Below, in pieces: positions 1 to 7,752 of a DNA stretch of 24,000 bases. The stretch is from Desulfofustis sp. PB-SRB1. GTDB lineage: Bacteria; Desulfobacterota; Desulfobulbia; Desulfobulbales; Desulfocapsaceae. The position numbers and the translations under genes are program-made. The notes beneath the pieces were generated by a model. It searched no databases and was not told the DNA's origin. It was given only the letters and a program-made list of their open reading frames with translations. Each line of letters opens with the position of its first letter. The stretch's first letter is position 1. The stretch covers positions 241,765 to 265,764 of the forward strand of contig JAEQMT010000010.1 of assembly GCA_016722945.1 (NCBI GenBank), read 5' to 3'.

Positions 1-1
1 G

Positions 2-838
2 GTTGCTCTGGGCTTTTACAAGGACATTGCCAATATTGATATCACCTTTTTTGAATACACCTGGTATCTGTTCCCGGTTGGTTGGCTTATGACGCTGCTG
101 CTCTGGGGCTTTTTCATGATCTTCTGCAAGCCGGAAAAAGACCGTATCGACGGGCTGAAGGAGCGGTCCAAGCGCATGTACAAGGAGCTTGGCGGGTGGA
201 GTCGCGATGAGATCCTTGCCGTAACGATTGTGGTGGCCACCATTCTGATCATCGCCCTGAAAAATTTCATTCCCGCCCTGGCAGATTTCCACAAAACAGC
301 AATTATACTCTGTTCAACTATTGCCTTCTTTATCACCAGGCTGTTGACCATTGAAGATCTGGAAGAAATTCCCTGGAACATTATTCTTCTGTTCGCCGGC
401 GCCATGTCCATCGGTTTCTGTCTGTGGGAAACCGGAGCGGCCAAGTGGCTGGCCGTCAACTGGCTGGTGATGTTCCAGAATGCCCCGGCAATCGTGTTTA
501 TCCTCGGCATGGCATTTTTTGTTATGATGATGACAAACTTCATCATGAACGTGGCCGCCATTGCCATCTCTTTACCGGTTGCCCTGGTCATTGCCCCCTA
601 TCTTGGCGTGGCGGGGGAGGTTGTGCTCTTTTCATCCCTGGTGGTTTCCGGCATGCCCTTTCTGTTGCTCGTGGGTGCGGCCCCCAATGCCATTGCCTAT
701 AACTCCAGGCAGTTTACTACCGCCGAGTTTGCCATGTATGGCGTACCGGCGAGCATCCTGCTGATGGTGGTCACCTGGTTCGCGGTCGCCGTCATCTGGC
801 CGCTGATGGGAATGCAGGTCTTTATTCCTGCCTCCTGA
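2..838 (+). CDS. SLC13/DASS-family (anion:cation symporter-like) permease, C-terminal portion; the 5' end lies outside the window
   Basis: The frame of the listed 89..838 ORF stays open back to nt 2 (VALGFYKDIANIDITFFEYTWYLFPVGWL precedes the listed Met). The sequence is hydrophobic and multi-TM. Segments PWNIILLFAGAMSIG and VGAAPNAIAY resemble conserved re-entrant regions of DASS/ArsB-NhaD superfamily permeases. Confidence 0.7.
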   Translation, partial: VALGFYKDIANIDITFFEYTWYLFPVGWLMTLLLWGFFMIFCKPEKDRIDGLKERSKRMYKELGGWSRDEILAVTIVVATILIIALKNFIPALADFHKTAIILCSTIAFFITRLLTIEDLEEIPWNIILLFAGAMSIGFCLWETGAAKWLAVNWLVMFQNAPAIVFILGMAFFVMMMTNFIMNVAAIAISLPVALVIAPYLGVAGEVVLFSSLVVSGMPFLLLVGAAPNAIAYNSRQFTTAEFAMYGVPASILLMVVTWFAVAVIWPLMGMQVFIPAS

Positions 839-844
839 TCGGCA

Positions 845-882
845 GAATCCGGTGCCGCCTGCCGGCAGGCGGCACCGGATTC
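845..882 (+). terminator. GC-rich perfect palindrome/hairpin just downstream of the permease stop
   Basis: GAATCCGGTGCCGCCTGCC / GGCAGGCGGCACCGGATTC is a 38-nt perfect inverted repeat starting 7 nt after the TGA at 836-838. No U-tract follows, so this is terminator-like rather than a canonical intrinsic terminator. Confidence 0.5.
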
Positions 883-923
883 GGGCATAGGATGATCTAC
901 CAGCGCTGTCATTAACTATAAGG

Positions 924-1060
924 GAACCTTGCATAATGGCCTTTTCGCCAAGCTCTTCGTTGCTTGAAACATGTTGTTTTCGAAAAAGTGGGTCGGCCCG
1001 CGGAACTATGTTCCCGGCGCCTCGATCGTGTACGAAAATTCTCATTTTTCAAGTTTCCCA
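924..1060 (+). repeat. Conserved noncoding element, copy A (paralog of 10304..10441)
   Basis: By-eye alignment with 10304..10441 in the same (+) orientation. Shared blocks are CTGCA.AATGGCCTTTTCGCC, CGTTGCT, ATGT, GCGCCTC, ACGAAAAT.CTCA.TTTTCAAG and CCCAT. Both copies keep the small inverted repeat GAAAAT-N4/5-ATTTTC. Substitutions are not third-position biased and an indel breaks the frame, so it looks noncoding. Confidence 0.6.
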
Positions 1061-1081
1061 TGAGAAGAGAACCTGAATCTG

Positions 1082-2476
1082 ATGGCTGCCGATAGTCCTG
1101 ATCTGAGCTCTCTACTGGAGGGTTTTCCCCATCCGGTCATGATTTTGGACGACTCCTGCCGAATTATCACCATGAACCGACTCATGGAGGCAATCACCGG
1201 CTATGCCATTCAGCAGGTGGCGGGACTCCATGGCGAACTCGTGGTCCGCAGCAATACCGGCAACAACCGTGGTCAATTGTTCATGGAGGTACTGAGAAGC
1301 GGTGATCCGTCAACCGCCAGGGGTGATATGCTCACCTGTTATCGCCGCAGGATTCCGATCCAGTACACCATTTCGGCGCTGCTGGGTAAAGGCGGCAGGC
1401 GGGTCGGCCTGATGGTGGTTGTCGAGGATACCTCCGCAACTGAAGCGGCAAGCAGTACTATTGATGATGAGCAGCAGGCAAATGGACTGATTGGCTACAG
1501 TCCCGCAATGCGGAAAGTATTTGATGCCATTCCGGTACTTGCCAAGACCGATGCCTCCGTTCTGGTTACCGGCGAAACCGGCACCGGGAAAGATCGCGTG
1601 GCCGAGGTCTTACACAGAAAATCGGAGCGTGCCAGATTCCCGTTTGTTAAAATAAATTGTGGTGCTCTGCCTTCAGAGCTCCTTGAATCGGAGTTGTTCG
1701 GTCACGTCAAGGGCGCCTTCACCGGGGCTACCCGCAACAAACCCGGAAAGTTCAAACTTGCTGAGAAAGGAACCATATTTCTGACGGAAATCGGCGATAT
1801 GCCGTTGCCGTTGCAGGTTAAGCTACTCACCGTGCTGGATGATAAAACATTTGTTCCGGTTGGTGGTGAGCGAGAGCTCACTATTGATGTGAGAATTGTT
1901 GCGGCCACCCATAGGCCGCTGCGGGAGCAGGTCGCCAAGGGGCTGTTTCGGGAAGACCTTTTCTACCGTCTGAACGTGTTGCATGTTCACCTACCCGCAT
2001 TGCGGGAACGGGAAGGTGACGTTCAGTATCTGCTTGATCATTTTCTGCAGAAATATGCAAAGGCATTGGGCAAGACCGTGGTCGGTTTTTCCTCAGACGC
2101 AGTGATTTGCCTTCTTGGCTATCATTATCCAGGCAATGTCAGAGAGTTGAGCAATATCGTCGAGTATGCCGTCAATATGAGTAAGAAGAAAAAAGTAGGT
2201 AAAGAGGATCTGCCTCCCTATCTTTTCGAAAAGACGCAGGTGCAGGGTGCTGCAAGTACTGAAAACAGACAGATGAGTGTACAAGAGTCCGAGCCGATGA
2301 ATGAACAATCAGGAGCACCGGACTACCGGCGGCAACAGCAGAGTTGGGGAGATATTGAGCGCCAGTTGATTGTCGATACACTCAAAAAAAACAGAGGAAA
2401 CCGAACAAAAACCGCTGAAAGTCTTGAATGGGGACGTATGAAGCTGTGGCGCAAGATGCAGAAATACGGACTCTAA
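1082..2476 (+). CDS. Sigma-54-dependent transcriptional activator (bEBP), PAS - AAA+ - Fis-type HTH, no receiver domain (EBP-1)
   Basis: N-terminal PAS-like region (ILDDSCRIITMNRLMEAITGY). Walker A GETGTGKD, ESELFGH, GAFTGA loop and FREDLFYRLNV arginine-finger region. PGNVRELSNIVEYA (sensor II region). C-terminal HTH (NRTKTAESLEWGRMKLWRKMQKYGL). The Walker B region reads FLTEIGD, with T where D is usual. Confidence 0.9.
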   Translation: MAADSPDLSSLLEGFPHPVMILDDSCRIITMNRLMEAITGYAIQQVAGLHGELVVRSNTGNNRGQLFMEVLRSGDPSTARGDMLTCYRRRIPIQYTISALLGKGGRRVGLMVVVEDTSATEAASSTIDDEQQANGLIGYSPAMRKVFDAIPVLAKTDASVLVTGETGTGKDRVAEVLHRKSERARFPFVKINCGALPSELLESELFGHVKGAFTGATRNKPGKFKLAEKGTIFLTEIGDMPLPLQVKLLTVLDDKTFVPVGGERELTIDVRIVAATHRPLREQVAKGLFREDLFYRLNVLHVHLPALREREGDVQYLLDHFLQKYAKALGKTVVGFSSDAVICLLGYHYPGNVRELSNIVEYAVNMSKKKKVGKEDLPPYLFEKTQVQGAASTENRQMSVQESEPMNEQSGAPDYRRQQQSWGDIERQLIVDTLKKNRGNRTKTAESLEWGRMKLWRKMQKYGL

Positions 2477-2492
2477 CGCCGGAGGCAACTCA

Positions 2493-2843
2493 TTGAGAAA
2501 ACTGCTCATACCAATCCAGGGAGACTATGTTGCACCGCGGTTCGATCTTGCGGTGGAATTGCTCATCGTGCGTTTCAGTGATGATGGGCAGGAAGAGCCG
2601 CGAACCATCATTATGGAGCGTCCTTCCGAGGAAGCACTCTGCCAGATGATCGTTGAGGAGCAGGTAACGGATCTGGTCTGTGGCGGGATTGATGAGGTGC
2701 ACTATAACTTCCTGTTGTGGAAAAAAGTCGATGTTATCGACGGTGTTATCGGCGGCTGGTGCCGGGCGCTGGAAAAGGCGGTATGTGGTGATCTGAAAGC
2801 TGGTGAAATTCTGCTAAACGGGGAGGGCGCGCTCGCTCTATAA
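2493..2843 (+). CDS. NifX/NifB-like (dinitrogenase FeMo-cofactor-biosynthesis-domain family) small protein, paralog 1
   Basis: TTG start 7 nt after GGAGG (2481-2485), 16 nt after the EBP-1 stop. LIPIQGDYVAPRFDLA...LVCGGIDEVHYNFLLWKKVDVIDGVIGGW fits the beta-alpha pattern of small NifX/NifB-type proteins. It is clearly paralogous to 8358..8717. Confidence 0.6.
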   Translation: MRKLLIPIQGDYVAPRFDLAVELLIVRFSDDGQEEPRTIIMERPSEEALCQMIVEEQVTDLVCGGIDEVHYNFLLWKKVDVIDGVIGGWCRALEKAVCGDLKAGEILLNGEGALAL

Positions 2844-2848
2844 TTCTT

Positions 2849-4549
2849 ATGAAGATTGCAGATATCATTCTTCCGAATTCCTTGAAAGGTTCTATTGACC
2901 TGGGTTTGGAGAGAAGAAGCTATGGCCGGTTCAAAGTGATTTTGTTTCTGATCATGATCGCGATCACCGCAATACCGGCAACCACGATTGCCTTTCTGGG
3001 CTATATCAATTACAAAAATCTCCTGCAAAAAGATGAGATCACCCAGCTCAAATGGCAGATGGATGGTTCCATCGGTTCCATCGAGCAGATGGTTGGCAGC
3101 CTCAAATCCGTTGTCCAGTTTATCGCTCGCAAAGATCGCTATACGGAATTGACTACGGGCTCCAGCCTTGAGGATCTGTTTGACCGGTTGCAACGGCAAT
3201 ACCCTTCGTTTGCCGATCTTGGCGTGATCGACGAGCAGGGGGTTCAGCAGGCGTATTATGGGTCATATGATCTTGAGGGGACTGACTATTCCGGTGAGAG
3301 CTGGTTCAGCGAAGTGATGGAAAAAGGTCTTCACATCAGCCCCGTATATCGAGGGTATCGAGATGTGCCTCATTTTGCCATTGCCGTCAGCACCTATGAT
3401 CCTGTAATTCGAAAAACATGGGTGATGCGTGCTACTATCGAGGCGGACACGCTACAGAATTTTGTCGGAACCATAAAAACAGAAGCAACCGATGATCTTT
3501 TTCTTGTTGTTAGTGAAGGAGTTTTGCAGACCTTCTCCAATTATTTCGGGCAACCGCTTACCCAGACCGAACTAGAGATCGAACCTGGCGTGCGTTCATA
3601 CATGTCGATGGCGCAGGAAGAATTTCTGATTGCGATCGGCGACATCGCGGCAACCCCGTGGTATCTGGTCATCATCAAAAATGGCTACACCAGCAATAGT
3701 GAGTGGAGGTCGTTTCGCTCCGAGCTGTTCATTCTCTATGTTGTCTGCATGGTCATTAGTGTGATTGTTATCTTCGCCCTGGTCAACATGCTCACCTCGC
3801 TGATTCGCAAGGCTGATGAAATACAGATCGGCATGATGAAGGAAGCGGAACACAAGGACAAACTGGCTTCCATCGGCCGACTCGCCTCAGGGGTGGCGCA
3901 TGAAATCAACAACCCGCTTGCCATTATCAATCAAAAAACCGGTCTGGTTGAAGACATCCTCAATATCACACCAGATTTTGATCATAAACACACGGTTCTC
4001 GAGAGCCTTAAGTCAATTGATAACAGTGTGGAACGGTGCAAGGCAATCACTCATCGATTGCTTGGGTTCGCCCGTCGCACCGAGGTGTTGTACCAGCACA
4101 TTGATGTGAATGAGACGATCAGAGAGGTGCTGAAATTTCTTGAAAAGGAGATGATGTACAGCAGGATTGAGCTGGATCTCCAACTGCAAGACAATTTGCC
4201 GAACATTTACAGCGATCGTCTTCAGATTCAGCAGGTGCTGCTCAACATCATCAACAATGCCATCGACGCAATTGGCAAGGACGGGACGATTTCGATCATA
4301 TCCAACCTGATAGCCGGGGAGGTCAGAATCGTGATTCAAGATGATGGGTCAGGGATCCCCGAGGATATGCTTTCCCAGATATTTGAACCCTTTTTTACAA
4401 CAAAAGAGACAGGCAAAGGGACCGGGCTTGGCCTTTCAATTACCTATGGCCTGGTTAAAAAGCTGGGCGGTGATATTACCGTGCGATCCAATGTCGGTAA
4501 AGGAACCGCTTTTACGATAACCTTACCCGTTAAGGTGGAAAAACAATGA
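2849..4549 (+). CDS. Sensor histidine kinase: TM - Cache-like extracytoplasmic domain - TM - HisKA - HATPase_c
   Basis: Two hydrophobic segments ([23 protein letters not shown] and [20 protein letters not shown]) flank a ~250-aa region containing DYSGESWF (Cache-like). H-box [11 protein letters not shown]-box [15 protein letters not shown]1 QDDGSGIP, F-box FEPFFTTK, G2 GTGLGLSI. Confidence 0.9.
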   Translation: MKIADIILPNSLKGSIDLGLERRSYGRFKVILFLIMIAITAIPATTIAFLGYINYKNLLQKDEITQLKWQMDGSIGSIEQMVGSLKSVVQFIARKDRYTELTTGSSLEDLFDRLQRQYPSFADLGVIDEQGVQQAYYGSYDLEGTDYSGESWFSEVMEKGLHISPVYRGYRDVPHFAIAVSTYDPVIRKTWVMRATIEADTLQNFVGTIKTEATDDLFLVVSEGVLQTFSNYFGQPLTQTELEIEPGVRSYMSMAQEEFLIAIGDIAATPWYLVIIKNGYTSNSEWRSFRSELFILYVVCMVISVIVIFALVNMLTSLIRKADEIQIGMMKEAEHKDKLASIGRLASGVAHEINNPLAIINQKTGLVEDILNITPDFDHKHTVLESLKSIDNSVERCKAITHRLLGFARRTEVLYQHIDVNETIREVLKFLEKEMMYSRIELDLQLQDNLPNIYSDRLQIQQVLLNIINNAIDAIGKDGTISIISNLIAGEVRIVIQDDGSGIPEDMLSQIFEPFFTTKETGKGTGLGLSITYGLVKKLGGDITVRSNVGKGTAFTITLPVKVEKQ

Positions 4550-4929
4550 CGAATAACACCAGCAAAAAGATCAGGGTGCTCATTGCCGACGACGAGTTTG
4601 ATTTTGCTTCAACTCTGCAGACGCGTCTGAATTTGCGGGATTTTGAGGCCACTATGGTAAGCTCCGGGGAAGAGGCGGTGCAAGCCGTCGAGCAACAGAA
4701 GCCTGATGTCCTTCTACTTGATCTGAAGATGCCCGATCTGGACGGGTTGGAGGTGTTGTCCAGATTAAAAGAGATGGGCGCTGAGACCAAGGTGATCATT
4801 CTCACCGGGCATGGTTCATTTGAGGTCGGCCGGGAGGGGATGGAAATGGGCGCATTTGACTACATCATGAAGCCGGTGGATCTAAACGAGTTGATTGTCA
4901 AAATCGAGGATGCGCACGGTTCCCGATAA
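4546..4929 (+). CDS. Single-domain response regulator (CheY-like receiver), RR-1
   Basis: ATGA start/stop overlap with the kinase gene. Canonical receiver residues are present: IADDE, LLLDLKMPDLDG, ILTGHG, IMKPV. There is no output domain. Paralogous to 7911..8300. Confidence 0.9.
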   Translation: MTNNTSKKIRVLIADDEFDFASTLQTRLNLRDFEATMVSSGEEAVQAVEQQKPDVLLLDLKMPDLDGLEVLSRLKEMGAETKVIILTGHGSFEVGREGMEMGAFDYIMKPVDLNELIVKIEDAHGSR

Positions 4930-5008
4930 CTCCGTGGCAGCCTGCCGAAGCGACGGCGCGCCGGTGCCTGGGGATCAGGCGTTTCTTATAACGATTGAGA
5001 GGTAAAAT

Positions 5009-5665
5009 ATGGACATACAAAAGTCTCCCCGCGGTGTCGAGGCAGTCTGCCTGGAAGTATATGGCATGCTGTCCGCCTCTGTTACCCATGAAATCAAGAA
5101 TACCCTTTCCATCATCAACGAGAATGCCGGTCTGATCCAGGATCTCTGCGCTATGGTTGAAGGCGATGATGGTGTTCCAGCCGGAAGGGTTGACGCCTCA
5201 ATGCAGATGATTGCCAATCAAGTTAACAGATCAAATGTGATCATGAAAAATCTTAACCGTTTCTCCCACAGCAATGACAGAATTCCCGATCAGGCCGATC
5301 TGTCGGAAACGGTGACGCTTCTGGTGGCATTGACCAGTCGGTTTGCGGCAATGCGTAAAGTTTCGGTAGCCACAGATTGCGAATCCGGACATGTCATAAC
5401 AACCAATGTGCTGACCCTGTATTGCCTGGTTTTCCTCATTCTCAAAACCCTCTACTCTCTTTGTTTGGAAGACACTACGCTGCTGGTGTCAGGTAAGCAG
5501 GCTGCTGGGCTCCTGGAACTGCGGTTTGTTCCGGAAAAAACAAACAGTCAAACATATCCCCCGGACTTTCCCGGCGAAAAGGAGAAGATGCTCGCTGAGC
5601 ACATCGGAGCAACGTGTTCGTGTGAGGATGGGGAGGTGGTCGTGATTTTGAAAGAAAGGGGTTAG
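5009..5665 (+). CDS. Soluble HisKA-containing kinase-like protein with a degenerate or absent ATP-binding motif set
   Basis: RBS GAGAGG 7 nt upstream. H-box SVTHEIKNTLSIINENAGL. The C-terminal ~110 aa have the length of an HATPase_c domain, but I cannot find an N-box Asn, DxGxG (G1) or GxGxGL (G2). No TM segments. Confidence 0.65.
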   Translation: MDIQKSPRGVEAVCLEVYGMLSASVTHEIKNTLSIINENAGLIQDLCAMVEGDDGVPAGRVDASMQMIANQVNRSNVIMKNLNRFSHSNDRIPDQADLSETVTLLVALTSRFAAMRKVSVATDCESGHVITTNVLTLYCLVFLILKTLYSLCLEDTTLLVSGKQAAGLLELRFVPEKTNSQTYPPDFPGEKEKMLAEHIGATCSCEDGEVVVILKERG

Positions 5666-5718
5666 AGTGGCAGGTGAGAGGATCTTTCCCGAAACTTATC
5701 CTGCTGTGAAAGCGTAGA

Positions 5719-6276
5719 TCATGTGATATCACATTTTTGCATCACTTCCAGTATATAATGGTACACATCTGAAAGCCTGAGTACACCCACCACACGATCG
5801 CCATTTTCAACCAGCAAGGACTGGTGTCTTCCCAATACCAGTTGGTGAATGCCCTCGTTAAGCGTTGCGCCTTGGCCAATGTACTCGCTTTTCGCCGGGA
5901 TATGCATGATTTTTCGGACGGTCAGTTTGCCGGCTTTTTTACAGATGTCGTCCAGCGGCTTCTGGAGAAGATCAAAGTCCCGGGTAATGTTACGCACGAA
6001 ACTTGGCCCAAGGCCATGACGGGTCAACATACTGATATCGCCAATATCCTGAAACTCCGGCTCCAGGGCGTGCAGGACGCTGATATGGTCAAGCTTTCCG
6101 ATAACCCGTCCGGCGCCATCGGTAACCAGCAGGGCCCGGTATTTATAGCTCGGCCCTCTTTCATTGCAATGCGCTTTCTCCAGAGCCATAACCGATTCAA
6201 ACAACAAAGAATCTTCGGAAATGGTTGGGTACTGCTCCAGGGGGATCATCACTTGATCAACCGTAACGGGATCCAT
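5719..6276 (-). CDS. CBS-pair domain protein
   Basis: Two CBS-like units (VDQVMIPLEQYPTISEDSLL...RVIGKLDHISVLHAL and LTVRKIMHIPAKSEYIGQGATL...RVVGVLRLSDVYHYILEV). I place the start at ATG 6276 (MDPVTVDQ...), preceded by GGAAGGAGAAG. The track's longer ORF (to 6438) would overlap the upstream gene by 74 nt and begin with an Arg run. Confidence 0.75.
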   Translation of the reverse strand: MDPVTVDQVMIPLEQYPTISEDSLLFESVMALEKAHCNERGPSYKYRALLVTDGAGRVIGKLDHISVLHALEPEFQDIGDISMLTRHGLGPSFVRNITRDFDLLQKPLDDICKKAGKLTVRKIMHIPAKSEYIGQGATLNEGIHQLVLGRHQSLLVENGDRVVGVLRLSDVYHYILEVMQKCDIT

Positions 6277-6364
6277 CTTCTCCTTCCAGACGATATTTCG
6301 GTCAAATTGTAGTGTATCGTTTTCCCAACTGCTGCTTGCAACCAGAGCTAAATCGGGCTGGCCG

Positions 6365-6844
6365 CTATTTCTTCTTCTTCTTCTTCTCCTCCTGATCCAT
6401 AATCTCCTTGGCGGTATCAAATTCACCGGCTTCGGCAAATACCCCTGCCATCAGAGACGATTCGACAGTGGCGCTGTAAGCGCGACGGATCTTATCGACC
6501 AGGGTGTCAACTTCGATGGGTTTTTCCAGATATTCAAAGGCACCAAGCTTCCTTACCTCTTTTTCATCCTGCTCTGTACCCTTACCGGTTAAAACAATGA
6601 CCTGAACTTTCGGGTAAGTTTTTCTTACCCGCTTTAGAACTTCGATGCCGTCTATGCCCGGCATCCGAAGATCAAGCACCATTACATCGGGCACCTCGTT
6701 GCTGACCAACTCGAGCGCCTCTTCACCATCCAGTGCCACACTGGAAGAGAGTTCACGCATGTTAATCCGTTCGGCGAGCGTATTGGCGAAGTCTTTTTCA
6801 TCGTCGACAAGCAAAATCTTGATTTTCTCTTTACCCTTGCCCAT
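6365..6844 (-). CDS. Response regulator receiver with a C-terminal FAEAGE-module and poly-Lys tail (RR-3)
   Basis: Start chosen at ATG 6844 (MGKGKEKIKILLVDDE), preceded by GAGGAG. Canonical receiver residues: LVDDE, VLDLRMPGIDG, VLTGKG, LEKPI. The C-terminal extension SSLMAGVFAEAGEFDTAKEIMDQEEKKKKKK carries the shared motif (FAEAGE encoded at 6422-6439). Confidence 0.85.
   Translation of the reverse strand: MGKGKEKIKILLVDDEKDFANTLAERINMRELSSSVALDGEEALELVSNEVPDVMVLDLRMPGIDGIEVLKRVRKTYPKVQVIVLTGKGTEQDEKEVRKLGAFEYLEKPIEVDTLVDKIRRAYSATVESSLMAGVFAEAGEFDTAKEIMDQEEKKKKKK
6368..6391 (-). repeat. Trinucleotide tract (AAG)5-AAA preceded by GAGGAG, encoding EEKKKKKK
   Basis: The + strand reads TTT CTT CTT CTT CTT CTT CTC CTC immediately before the stop of RR-3. 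The same tract reads as eight Arg codons in the +1 frame. Confidence 0.9.
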
Positions 6845-7355
6845 CCCTTTTCTCCTCTGGTTTGTGTGAAAACCCTCCGGTTTCAGCAATTATCTGCGCT
6901 GTTGTCAGTTCTCCCACCTCGGCAAAAGCAACAGCCATCATCGCGTCCTGACATTTCCGCAGCAGCGGGCGCCGCTTCTTTTCTAGTTTTATCTTGTGCG
7001 CACCCGCTGCCTGTATGCTTCTTATCAGGGTGTTTATTTCCACGGGGACGAGAAAATCATCAAACACGCCGGCCTTCATCGCTGCAATCGAGTTATTGAA
7101 ATAATCGTAAGTATTGATGGTAATTATTTCAACATGAGGCTTGATCCGTTTTATCTCCTCAACGATGCGCACACCCTCGATCTTGAGACTGGATAGATCA
7201 ACAAGTCCAACATCTATGGGCTTTTGCGAAAGAATTGCCGTCGCAGCGCCAATTTGATTGGCGCCAAAGAAACGGAATTCGTTTCTATTTAATCGACTGC
7301 TGATTGCATCTCGAAAGTATTTATCACTTTCGACAAAAAGAAGACTCAGGCCCAT
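6831..7355 (-). CDS. Atypical (pseudo-)receiver domain protein with a C-terminal FAEVGE-module
   Basis: Receiver-like fold pattern (LLFVESD, GLVDLSSLKIEG, IITINT, GVFDDFLVPVEINTL). The position of the invariant Lys (..KP..) is Val (FLVPV), and the acidic pair reads ESD. The C-terminal extension QDAMMAVAFAEVGELTTAQIIAE carries the motif (6909-6926). The 3' end overlaps RR-3 by 14 nt. Confidence 0.75.
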   Translation of the reverse strand: MGLSLLFVESDKYFRDAISSRLNRNEFRFFGANQIGAATAILSQKPIDVGLVDLSSLKIEGVRIVEEIKRIKPHVEIITINTYDYFNNSIAAMKAGVFDDFLVPVEINTLIRSIQAAGAHKIKLEKKRRPLLRKCQDAMMAVAFAEVGELTTAQIIAETGGFSHKPEEKRDGQG

Positions 7356-7366
7356 ACGTAACTCTA

Positions 7367-7690
7367 TCAGGTGCTGATGGGAACAAAACCGTAAGAGATG
7401 TGCGCACCTTCCAGACCGACTTTTTCCAAAAACCCTGCCAATGTGTTTTCTTTCTGAATGTACCGGGTTTCTTTTTTACCAACCAGTCGACGTGCTTCTT
7501 CGACTTCGCCGCTTTCGGCAAAGGCCACTGCGGTCATATGGTTCTGAAAGCCTTGCAATAGCTTATCCAGCAGCCGCTTTGGCTTGTCGGTTACATCAGC
7601 CATGCGGATTGCCGTGTCATGCTCACCTGCCTCGGCGAATGCAGCTGCCGCAAATGTCTTTTCAAATGTGGATTGTGATTTGTTGCCCAT
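7367..7690 (-). CDS. Small (107 aa) soluble protein with two copies of the FAExGE-module; no recognisable domain
   Basis: Start chosen at ATG 7690 (MGNKSQ...), preceded by AGGAGG at 6-nt spacing. Motif copies are TFAAAAFAEAGEHDTAIRMA (FAEAGE at 7622-7639) and HMTAVAFAESGEVEEARRLV (FAESGE at 7505-7522). A weaker third resemblance is LAGFLEKVGLEGA near the C-terminus. Confidence 0.7.
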   Translation of the reverse strand: MGNKSQSTFEKTFAAAAFAEAGEHDTAIRMADVTDKPKRLLDKLLQGFQNHMTAVAFAESGEVEEARRLVGKKETRYIQKENTLAGFLEKVGLEGAHISYGFVPIST

Positions 7691-7752
7691 GGTTACCCTC
7701 CTGTGAGTAGATTGGTAAACTGTTCCACTCATGTGAAACACAATCTATTACC

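Noticed and set aside
16-1045. Minus-strand and alternative-frame ORFs over the permease gene (16..591, 424..702, 561..764, 632..1045, 697..912)
   Set aside because: They overlap the hydrophobic, motif-bearing DASS permease frame and have Arg/Gly/Pro-rich compositions typical of off-frame translation. The parts of 632..1045 and 697..912 that extend past the permease stop cover the terminator-like palindrome, and 632..1045 also covers noncoding element A.
5671-5706. Possible bidirectional terminator between the convergent genes ending at 5665 and 5719
   Set aside because: Only a 5-bp AGGAT/ATCCT stem with a 14-nt loop can be drawn, and there is no U-tract on either strand. That is too weak to call.
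6277-6438. Long N-terminal extension of the CBS ORF (MPKPVNLIPPRRLWIRRRRRRRRNSG...)
   Set aside because: The extension overlaps the upstream receiver gene by 74 nt, is low-complexity and lacks an RBS. ATG 6276 has GGAAGGAG upstream and begins right at the first CBS unit. The open frame is kept only as a low-interest frameshift note.
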